This document shows, piece after piece, positions 24,761-35,280 of a stretch of 64,000 nucleotides of DNA. Origin of the DNA: Felis catus (lineage: Eukaryota). The notes below the pieces were generated by a model. It did not search any database. It saw nothing but the letters and a program-made list of their open reading frames with translations, and was not told the DNA's origin. Position numbers and translations under genes: made by a program. Every line of letters starts with the position of its first letter. Within the stretch, counting starts at the first letter, position 1. The DNA is taken from positions 20,400,001 through 20,464,000 of the forward strand of contig NC_058383.1 in NCBI RefSeq assembly GCF_018350175.1, given 5' to 3'.

Positions 24761-26179
24761 ACCTTCCACTTGCAAAACACTGTATCTGCAAAGCACAATA
24801 AAGTGGTCTGTGTATGTTTGTTAATTTTTTTTTTCTCTCTCGAAATAGGAGTTTCACGAGGTCAGAGACCGAGACTATGTTCCCTTTTAATTCTAACAGT
24901 CCCATGAATGGCAAATATTATGAGTCCCGTTTGCAGATGAGGATTCTAAGGTGTGGAGAAGCCAGTGACTTATCCCTGCCCCCCATTACACAGGGCAGAA
25001 GCGGCAGAATTTGGATCTGATCCCAGGTTTCACTGAATTGAAAGCCACCCCACCGAGTTACTCACACATGAATTATTTCCTTGCTATGCTGTCCTTTATA
25101 AACCATTTTTGTTTTCAACACAGAATCCCATTTACTCTTGCAAAGGAACTCTGGTGTGAGAATTATCATCAACCCCACTTCACAGATGAGAAAACTGGAG
25201 CCTTTCGGTGGGGGGGGGGGCTGTTAAGTGATTCACCCAGGACCACACACCGGAATTTGTGGATTTCTCTCCACCAGTCCCAATATGTTTCCCACTTTAT
25301 TCTTTTGTCAAGGGTCCCCTTCTCTGTGCTAAGCCGGGAGGGGACTTGGCCGGCTCTCATCCCCGGAGGGGCAGCCTTGAGGAGCCTCCCAGCAGGTGCA
25401 ATCCACGCCTGGCTTCTCCCTGGCAGCTCCACCAAGCCACGGCTGCCCGTTGGCACTTGAGCGCTGAATTCGAAAATGATAAGGTTAGAACCTTCTGGAA
25501 GCTGAAAAGGATTAGCGTCCCAGCCCTCCGTGGCTGCGAAAGATTCCAAGGGAATCAAATGGCAAAGAGCTGATGCAAACGGGGGGACGAGAACTGACAT
25601 TTATTGGGCACCTAAGGTGTGCCAGACATTTGTCACAAATGGGTTCATCTAATCCTGAAGCGGCCTTGTGAGGTAGGAGGCATTGTTGGCGGCTTCCTGG
25701 CCTCTCCGTCCAAATTCCGTTCAAGGCATCGCATAACCCCACCCCTCGCCGTGTCCTCTGCTCCCACCCTAGGACACGCTTCCATCATTTCCATACCCAT
25801 TACCAGTCCCATCCCGCCTGGTGCCTTCCAGTTCGGTGGCCCCATGCTGCAGCCAGGGGGGTCTTTCCAAAACGCAAATATGAGCCTTTCCTTTGCTTAC
25901 AACCTTTGGCAGCTTCCTATTTTTTTTAAGATAAAGGTCAAGTCCAGGACAAGGCGTCCTGATACAGATTCCCGGGTCCCCAACTTCCCGGCATGCCGGG
26001 CCTTCCGGCCCACTCACTGTTTCTGCAAGGTACCACGTCCCCTCCGTTACCAGGCCCCTCCACATGCTGCCCCCTCTGCCTGGTGCCCCCTTCCCACCCC
26101 TGCCCCCACCCCCCCACGCCTCTTCAGCGATGAACACCTAACACCCGCTCCTCCCTGGGATCAAAAGTTAACTACCCCT

Positions 26180-26412
26180 GGGGCGCCTGCGCGGCTCCAT
26201 CGGTGAAGCGTCAGATTTCGGCTCAGGTCGTGATCTCACGGGTCACGAGTTCGAGGCCTTGCGTCGGGCTCTGCGCTGACAGCTCGGGGCCTGGAGCCTG
26301 CTTCGGATTCGGTGTCTCCCTCTCTTTCTGCCCCTCTGCCGCTTACACACTCTCTCTCTCTCTCTCTCTCAAAAATAAACAAACATTAAAAAAATTACAA
26401 AAAAAAAAAAAA
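26180..26412 (+). mobile_element. Can-SINE
   Basis: Head, (CT)n and A tail. Confidence 0.93.
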
Positions 26413-27610
26413 GCCAAACAACCGTCCGTCTCAGAGCCCTCGGACAAGCACAGGACCCCTTGTCATCTCGTCCGTCCTGCCTCTTGCCTTCTAAGCTTGA
26501 ACCGCGCATTCATTAGAGGGATCCACTGAAGTGTTCTCTGTTGTTCTCATCCAAGTTCGCGGGGCAACAGAAACCTCATCTGCTTCTGCCCCTCTTCCTC
26601 AGCCTGGAAACCAGCTGCAGAGCTGAGCCCAGGGTAGGTCCTCGGTTAATGTCAAGTGTCCCAAATGCATGCCTTCCTTCTACAGGAGAGACAACTGGGA
26701 CTCAGAAAGGTTAGGCCACTGGCCCAAGGCTGCCCAGCGGAGCCCAGACACTGAGCCCTTGACTGCCTGAGACAGAGCCCTGCTCAGCTAGGGGTGGGCA
26801 TGGGGGCAGGGGCGGGGGGGGGGGGGGGGGGGAGAAGGGAGGGGCTGCTGAGCATTCCAGCTCCGGGGAAATAAATGGGTGTGCTAAAGTCAGCCCGTCT
26901 CCACTCCGTCACCAGCCACTTAAGAGGCCAAGCTCCTTAGAGCCGCTCTCAGCTTGGGGGACGGGGGGAGGTGGGGGGAGGAGAGGGATGCTCCCTAAAG
27001 ACCCATCTCATTATCCCAGGGCCGAACTGGGGCCCCGTGAAAGGACAACTAGCCCATCAATAAACCGCACGCTGGCTCTGCCACCGCCCCAGGGAACAGA
27101 CACTGACCAAAGGGCCCCCTAAGGCGGCCTCCCGCACCCTCCCATCCGGGGCTAATGGCAAATCCTCCACAAATAAACGCGGCCCTTCCCGAGCCCCCAG
27201 AAACCCATCTGCTGTAACGCGAGCGCCTAAGTGAGCGCCTGATGAATGAATGGGTCTGCTCCGCACAGTGCCTTGTGCGGCTCCCCTCGCGGGCGGGCAT
27301 GCCCCGGCCACCTGGGGAAGGCGTCTGCAAGACGGGTAACAGATACAAGGGTACAACTGGGACCCGCAGCGGCGCACGCGCGCCCGTCTGTGCCTGAGCC
27401 CACGTGGGCAGCGGACCGCGCTTCCGCAAAGACGTGTGTGTGCCTGTGCGTGCAGGTGCGCACCGAGCCCTTTGGAGCACGTGGTGCGTGCATGCTTGTG
27501 AGCCCCTACTGCTTGTGCATTTGCACAGCTGAACAATGTCACCAGTTCCTGCAGGCCTACTTTATTGCCCAGTAGGGCACAGGTTCACTTTTTTTTAAAA
27601 AGTGTATTTT

Positions 27611-27825
27611 GGGGCGCCTGGGTGGCGCAGTCGGTTAAGCGTCCGACTTCAGCCAGGTCACGATCTCGCCGTCCGTGAGTTCAAGCCCCGCGTCAGGCTC
27701 TGGGCTGATGGCTCAGAGCCTGGAGCCTGTTTCCGATTCTGTGTCTCCCTCTCTCTCTCTGCCCCTCGCCCGTTCATGCTCTGTCTCTCTCTGTCCCAAA
27801 AATAAATAAACGTTGAAAAAAAATT
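27611..27825 (+). mobile_element. Young SINEC_Fc-type SINE
   Basis: ggtggcgcagtcggttaagcgtccgacttcagccaggtcacgatc variant; TSD aaagtgtattt. Confidence 0.96.
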
Positions 27826-28034
27826 TTTTTAAAGTGTATTTATTTATATTGAGAGAGAGGGAGAGGGAGAGAGAGCACACGCAGGGGAGGGGCAGAAGGA
27901 GGGAGGGAGAGAATCCCAAGCAGGCTCCTGACTGTCAGTGCAGAGCCCGATGCGTCACTCGAGCCCATGAACTGTGAGATCACGACCGGAACCGAAGGCC
28001 GACGCTTAACCCAACTGAGCCAGCCAGCCACCCC
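27826..28034 (-). mobile_element. Can-SINE whose tail hosts the preceding SINE
   Basis: Outer TSD acaggttcactt (27579) / acaggtgcactt (28039). Confidence 0.93.
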
Positions 28035-30411
28035 TGGAACAGGTGCACTTTAAGACAGTTCATCGGGGTTACTCAACAAATATCTGTCATTTTAGCGACG
28101 GATAAAGGCCGTCTTACCTCTGTTAGTACTCCTACCAAGAATACTAGACATAATTACAATAAACAGAAAGAAGAAAGCCTCTAAAGCTAGCAGGAGAACG
28201 CGGGACATTCCCACGGCCGTCAGCGAGCTGAGGGTGTCTGGGGAGAGCATTTTCCTTCTCTGACGCTCACCTGTCAAAGGGAGGCCACAGTTAGCCCAGC
28301 AAGTAGGAAGTTGAGAGAGTTTATTCCCACAGGCCCCGCTTTCCCTGTAAGGGGCAAGGCCTTTCTTTGAGAACGGGGTTGGCTGAAGGATCACATGGGG
28401 GGATTTGAGGACAGGCGGCTCAGTCTTGGAGGATTTCACGAGATAAATAAGCAGAAGAGGCAGTGAGGGTCGATAGCAGGGTTATACTGAGTTGCCCCGG
28501 GTGCCCCGGTGAGATTTTACCCTGTGGATCTGGGCGTGGGGGGCACCATCCTGTTTCTTCCGATGCACCTGCAGATCCGCGACAAAGACAAGGCATCTGG
28601 GGGAGCACAAGATGCCTGTGAGAAGACGGTTAAGTGACTGACGCAGGAGTCAGGTCAGGAGGGTGAAGGACCAGGCGAGAGAGAGGAGTGGCCTAGAAAC
28701 TTCCGGGCAGCTGGAAAAGCATCATCAGCACGAGGAAGGGAGAAAGCTGTTGGACCCAGGGTTGCGGTCGGGGAAGTTGGAGGCGGCTACCGCAGGGTGG
28801 GGCCGACGGGGAGAGTTGATGGGAAAGTCAAGTGGAGTGAATGTCACCGGAGAAGGGGAGGGGTCAGGGATGGCACCCAGGGCAGCGAGTGGTTCTTTTT
28901 TCAAGGCAGGTGGGACTCTTACACCCTTTGACAGTCCTGTAAAAATGACCGACCCTCTCCCTGCAGAGATGCTGCGTTCACACTCTTTCACATCCGGCGC
29001 AAAGAACCCGAAGACAGGCTGGCTGGCCGGTCCCGCCGCGGCAAAGGTGGGGCCAGCGGGGGAGAGGGAGACGGGGGACAGCAGGAGTCCCAAGTCCTCG
29101 CTGAAGGCAGGGCAGGGGCGAGGAGGTGAGGTGACCAGAGGCAGGGCAGGCTGGGACGCCCCTCCCGCTGAGACACCTGGCAAGCTCACCGGCCTCCGGG
29201 TTCAGAGCGGAATTCGGACACCGAGTATCCCTGCTGGAATTACCAAGAGCGCAAGGCGGCCTCGGGCCGGGTTCGTTTACAGCTGCCGTCTTGGGGCCTG
29301 CGGGCACGGGACAGAAAGACGAGCTGCGCGAAGCTGGTCCCAGGATCTTTTCCCCACAGCTGCTGCCTTCTCAGTTCTTCTGAGCACGACTTGGTTCCTC
29401 TTTTATTCCTGTGACTTCCATCCCAAGAGCTGTCTCCAAAAGCTGTCCGTCTGCCCCCTGCGAGTGCTTTTGTGTCCTCACCCAGCTCCTGGCCTGCCCT
29501 TCCTCCCCGGGGGCCCCACGCACCTCTCTTCGGGGGCTCCTTTTCCCTCGCCCCCCTGCCTGGGGTCCCGGTCGCTGTCTCCCAGGGGAACCCTTCCAAG
29601 CCCTCATCACAGTCTTAATTAACATCCCTCTGTCCTCCGTCCGCGCTAGGCCTGTTTATGATACCCTACCCTCTGGATGAGCAGAGCACGTCCGGGCCCG
29701 CCCCCGAATCCACAGAGACCGACGGTGGCTCACGTCTCTGTCGTTGCTTCCAGCGGGTACCACGCTGCTCGGTGGGCCTGATCAGTGGCTCAGAAAAGCA
29801 AAACCGTGGCCATCCGGTCACGAGTCTCGGGAACAGAACACTGAATGGACAGCCCCTCAGCGTGAGGGCCTGAAGCAGCCAAGAGCTGAAACAGACAAGG
29901 AGGACAAAGCCAGGAATCCACGGGCACCACTGAGCCAGGCCTGGGAGAGTAGTTTTTGGAAGAGTCTGGAAAACTTGCTCTCAAGGCAAAAAAATGAAGA
30001 TGAGGAAGTCCTTGGGTTTCTTGTCCGTATCCCAGAGGAATGTTGAGGATCCCAAGGTGGGTCGTGAGCCCCCCACAAGCAGTCCAGGATCTGTGCTGGG
30101 ACCCCCTTTCCTTGCTACCCCTATTATGCATACTCCTCACACCCAGGACGTATCGTTCTGTATTACAACCGCCTGATGACCGGCCACTGTCCTTACTAGA
30201 CCCCGATTTCCCTAGGGGAAGGTACCTTTCTCACTGTCGTATCTCCAGGGTCCAACACAGGGCCTGGGGCACAGCAGGCTCTCAGTTGGTGTTTGCTGAG
30301 TGAGTAATGCGTGGAGCAAATGAGGGATGTCATATCCGTACTTCATATCCTGATGGTGCATCCGGGAAGAATTCCGTGTTGCGGCCACGTCATCTAAACT
30401 CCGAAGACGGC

Positions 30412-30625
30412 GGGGCAGCCGGGTGGCTCATTCGGTCAAGGGTCTGACCTTGGCTCAGGTCACGATCTCAACGTTTGTGGGTTCAAGCCCTGCATCGGGC
30501 TCTCTGCTGTCGGTGCAGAGTCTGCTTGGGATTCTCTCTCTCTCCGCCCCTCCCCCTCTCCGCTTGCTCTCTCTCTCTCTCTGTCTTTCTGTCTCAAAAA
30601 TAAATATTTTCAAAACTTAAAAAGA
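30412..30625 (+). mobile_element. Can-SINE
   Basis: Head, CT tract, A-rich tail. Confidence 0.92.
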
Positions 30626-32064
30626 AATACAAACTAAACAAAATCTGCAAACAGCTAGGGTTCAGCTGTAAGATAATGGTCCACATTGTTCCCAACTAGA
30701 ATTCATGTGTTCATATCTACCATATACATAGTTCAAGGTGCTGGATTGTACAGGAAAGCAGACCAGAGTTTGGAGCATACGAAGCCTATGCCTGGGGAGC
30801 CAGGGGAACATTTGCGAGGTTGATCTCACCTTCGAGAGAAGTCCGAGTTTCGGGCCCTCTTCACAACCCACATCGAACCAAATGCTGCGATACGGGCCTG
30901 AACTGGAGCTCATGCGTCACGGAAGCCGGGTTAGAGTAAGCACCTGTGCCAGTTTCCAGCCTGCTACGAAGCCTCCGGCCCTTTCCCTTCCTGGAGGAAT
31001 GTCTGTTTTCGTTTTTCCCACGTTCTCTTGAACGCAGAGGCCACGAATAGGTGGAGTGGAAAGACACCCCTGCCAGAGCACTGGGGCCATTTCTGCCACC
31101 TTGCTGGGCGGAATAATTCGATGTGAAGACAGAGCCAATGAGGCTGGATGGCCAGGGGAGTCGCTGCTGCGTTTTCAATTTACGTAGCCAGAGGCGGCGT
31201 CAGAGCGGAGGCGGTGTTCCCTTTTGTCCCTTCTTGTGGAGGGTCACCAAGAACGGCTGGAATTAACAGACCTGGGTGGCAAATTCTCCGCAGCACACAC
31301 AAGAGCAAAGGGGGGATTAGCTCGAGATCAAGGGACGGGCGGACACCGGCTATGGGGCTTGGGGAACGAGAGGCCTCAGGACAACCCACCCGGTGCAAGG
31401 CCAAGACACAAGGCAGAGATGGGGGTGACGAGGGGGGCTGGAGGGAGCGGGCGTGGTCTCATGGAAAAACACCTTTAATCCGGAGTCAGGAAGAGCTGGG
31501 ATGGAATCCTTGCTCCAAGTCATTTTTGCTATCAAAACCTAGGCGGTTTTCTTAACGTCACTCATCAAGTGGATCGAGGCATGTCTGCCGTAGGAAATAC
31601 ATGAAATCTATATGGGAAACTGCCTCATCATTCATTCAACATGTTGGCGATCAGTGATAATAACCAGCATTTTCTGGATGCTTACTATGTGCCAAGTACT
31701 ACGTAAAGCACTTCGTGGGTACTCATTCTTTCAATCTTTAGCGTAAGTCTATGAAGAAAAGAACTAACTGTCATTATCATCTTTTTACCAGTGGAAAAAA
31801 GTGAGGCACAGAGAGGTTCAGCCACAGGAGAAAGATCACACAGCAAGGGAATTGCCGACCTAGGATTTGAACCCAGCACAGGTGGCTATGGGGGCCATGT
31901 TCTCGGCCACTACTCTCGTTGAGGACTGTTACACATCTAGGCACAGGAGATACAGTGGTGAATAAGCCAATCAAACCTCTGTGCTCATGGAGAGGGAGAC
32001 TATGAACAAATAAATGAAGAGAATAACCACAGACAGTGATGAGAGCCATAAAGAAAAGAAAACA

Positions 32065-32229
32065 GGGGGCGCCTGGGTGGCTCGGTCGGTTAAGTGTCCG
32101 ACTTCGGCTCAGGTCACGATCTCACGGTCCGTGAGTTCGAGCCCCGGGTCGGGCTCTGTGCTGACAGCTCAGCCTGGAGCCTGTTTCAGATTCTATGTCT
32201 CCTTCTCTCTCTGCCCCTTCCCCACTCGT

Positions 32230-32270
<41 letters not shown>

Positions 32271-32298
32271 AAATAAATAAATAAACATTTAAAAAAAC
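32065..32298 (+). mobile_element. Can-SINE inserted in an L2-like remnant
   Basis: TSD agaaaagaaaac; long (CT)n. Confidence 0.95.
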
Positions 32299-32509
32299 AG
32301 AAAAGAAAACGGGCTGACGTGATTACTTCTGATAGCATGGTCAGGGTCAACTTCTCTGAATACGTAACATTTGCATCGAGCTGTGATTCCAATGAGTGGA
32401 AGGAGCCAACCAGATGATGACTTGGGGGGAAAGTGTCCCAGAAAAAAAAAAAGAATACTACGTTCCAAGGCCCTGAGGTAGGAATAAGCTGGGAAGTGTG
32501 AAGAAACAC

Positions 32510-33265
32510 AAGAATAGCCAGGCTGACAGAAGTGAGGTGACATCTCATCATGGTTTTGATTGGCATTTCTTTGACGATCAGTTACACTGAGCACCTTTTC
32601 ACGTACCTATTGGCCAACGTCTGTCTTCTCTGGAGAAATGCCTGTCCGTTTCTGTTGCCGATGATGTGGCGACGTGGGAACCCCTGTGCACTCTTGGGAG
32701 AAATGCAACACACTATGGAATTTCCTCAAACAATTAGACACGGCAACGCCACAGGATCCAGTAATCCCACTCGTGGGTATTGATCCCGAAGAACTGAAAT
32801 CAGGATCGCAGAGAGATGTTGGCATTCCCACGCACCCTGTAGCCAAGGTATGCGAACAACCCAGATGTTCATCAGCAGACAGAGGGACAAACGAGATGTG
32901 TCACATGCACGCCATGGAATGTTCGTAGCCGTTTTAAAGGAGGAAATCCTGCCGTGTGCAACAATACGGACGAACCTCAGAGACACGACGCTAAGCGAAA
33001 TGAGCCAGTCATAGAAGGGTTCCACGTAAGCGAGGTGTCTAAAACATTCAAACTCATAGAAGCAGCATAGTGGCCGCCAGGGGCTGGGTGGGAGGGGGGA
33101 CAGGGGGAGCTGCTAATCGATGGGTAGAAAGTGTCAGTTAGACAAGACAGCAAGTCCTGGAGATCTGTTGGGACAGCACTGAGCCTGCTGTCAACAAGAC
33201 GGCATTGCACGCTTAAAAATTTATTAACAGACGGATCGCGTAATGCATTCTCACCACAATAAAAA
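32510..33265 (+). mobile_element. Old L1 (L1MA/MB-type 3' end) with inverted 5' segment
   Basis: 32510-32647 is antisense ORF2; 32652-33265 is sense ORF2 end and 3'UTR ending ctcaccacaataaaa. Confidence 0.85.
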
Positions 33266-34342
33266 TAGAGAGAGAGAGAGAGAGATATGTAATGAAACCA
33301 ACGTGGGGGAAAAAAACAACAGAAAGAAGCTACACTGTGGTAAGCAAGGAGAGCTGTGGGTAAGTTACAAACTAGTTGAGCATACAGTGGTCACATCAAG
33401 TGGGTCAGGATAAGACGCCGGATCCTCCTGAATGCAAAGAAAATACCTCTTGAGGAGGCTCTAAGGAGAGGAGAACGATCTGATGTCACGTGTAAAAGGT
33501 CACTCTGTCAGAGGTGTCAGGGATGGATCACTCCTGCTTGGCAGAGATTAAGCACCGAGTAAACACCAGCTCCCTCCACACGCCGGGAGACGCCGGGAGA
33601 AAAGACAAAGAAGCGAACGTTCAGTGGAAGCAGGGCACCGCTCCAAGCCCTCTCCCCTCTGAGAATCATGGATGCTGTGGGCTCCCGCAGGGAAAAAGGA
33701 TGCGGAGCCTATTTGCCTGACCCTCCACTTCCATCAGGACACCTTGCAGAAAAAGGGGGTACGTTCTATTACGATGCACGGCCCTCTCTCCCGAAACCTC
33801 CTTCCCAGTCCCTCCTGGCTGTGTGTGGTGTGTGTCTTGTGACGTCACCGGACCCAGCGAGTCCTTTCGGAGCGGTATTCCCACGGTAACACCCCCACGC
33901 GGACCAGTCAGTTTGGCAGGAGGCGAAGGCAGTATAGCTTTATGCCCACCGACCCTTTCAACGCACCTCCAATTAGAAGGATCATTCCTCAGGTTGGCTG
34001 TTGAAACAGGAATTTCTAATTCTGAGGTCGGATATTATTTTCTTCCTGCTCTGGACCAGGAAGACTGAATCATTCTTTCAGCCGCCAAAAAACAAAAACA
34101 AAAACAAAAAACAAAAAACAAGGATGAAAAAACCAAATTTCTTGTCTTTAAAAAACAAACGAGGCATCACATTTTTCAGGAAACGGTGCCTTGCAACAGG
34201 ACTACGACGCATGTGGGCCACGGTCAACCCACAGATGCTGGACATTCGATGCCATGCGTAGGCCCCTCATGCCCTTTTCTCTCCTCTCACTTTTGAGTAG
34301 GTGCCCACAGAGTCAGAACTAGACGTCGCAGAGATCAGAGCT

Positions 34343-34604
34343 CAGTTATGCCCTCATGACCCACACCCAGATCTTGGCTCTCCGAGCAAGTGTCCTCCAA
34401 TGATCTTAGGGTCGCTCTCAATTTCGTAACAGTTATGTCCTCGTGACCCACACCCAGATCTTGGCTCTCCGAACAAGTGTCCTCCAAGGATCTTGGGGTC
34501 GCTCTCAATTTCGTACCAGGTACGTCCTCATGACCCACACCCAGATCTTGGCTCTCCGAGCAAGTGTCCTCCAAGGATCTTAGGGTCGCTCTCAATTTCG
34601 TAAC
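34343..34604. repeat. 87-bp tandem repeat, 3 copies
   Basis: gacccacacccagatcttggctctccga starts at 34358, 34445 and 34532. Confidence 0.97.
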
Positions 34605-35060
34605 ATCCTCACAGTATGGGCTTGAAGCCCATGATTGCCTGGAGTCCTGGCCGGTAGAAGAGTCTCTAAACGTCCACCGTCTCAAACCCAGAAGTTACCA
34701 CCAGTTTAAACGTGATCCCACAAAGCTGCAGAGAGCAGGCGCTGAAAGTCAGTGTGGCTCTCCTGGCGAACAAGGTGAGACAAAATCATTGTGGAAGACC
34801 CCGTCTCCGTGCTCAAAACCGTAACATTACTAGATGAAATCATTTCGAATAAATAAAATACAATGCGATGTCAAAGCCAGGAAGGGCAGTCCTCAAGGGA
34901 TCTTGAGAAAATGGGGACCTCACAGGCTCCGTGGAGAGCAGGGTCTGAACCTCTGTGGCTGGGATGCTAATGTCCTCAGAGAAACTGGAGTCAAGGCTGT
35001 GATCTCTCCGGGCAGCAAGAAGCACGTGTGGGGACTCCTGAATAAATCAGAGTGCCAAGA

Positions 35061-35280
35061 GGGGCGCCTGGGTGGCTCAGTCGGTCGAGCGTCCGACTTC
35101 GGCTCAGGTCGTGATCTCGCGGTTCATGGGTTTGAGCCCCGCGTCGGGCTCTGTACTGACAGCTCGGAGCCTGGAGCCTGCTTGGGTTCTGTGTCTCCCC
35201 CTCTCTCTGCCCCTCCCCTGCTCACACTCTGTGTCTCGCTGTCTCTCAATATTAAATAAACATTAAAAATATATATATAA
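35061..35280 (+). mobile_element. Can-SINE
   Basis: Full body; agagtgcc on both flanks. Confidence 0.95.

Larger units (their letters stand above)
19215..24812 (-). mobile_element. Tigger1 (TcMar/pogo) DNA transposon, fragmented by 2 L1 and 4 SINE insertions
   Basis: Terminus caagcatacctcagagat at ~19216. Transposase remnants on - strand: KIEMIKLREEDISKAK (23522-23749), FKILLPIDNVPGHLRALME (21462-21656), DEELLLRDEQRKRFLEMKSTPGED (20636-20818). 5' end tatctgcaaagcacaataaa at ~24783-24802. Confidence 0.92.

Noticed and set aside
28663..29622. 319-aa ORF
   Set aside because: GTG start, GC-rich composition, no domain recognised, and it appears to cross repeat remnants.
33071..33088. CTCF-like motif tggccgccaggggctgg
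   Set aside because: One base short of the core spacing and derived from L1 3'UTR sequence.
34343..34604. CRISPR-like array
   Set aside because: Whole units repeat with no unique spacers; mammalian context.
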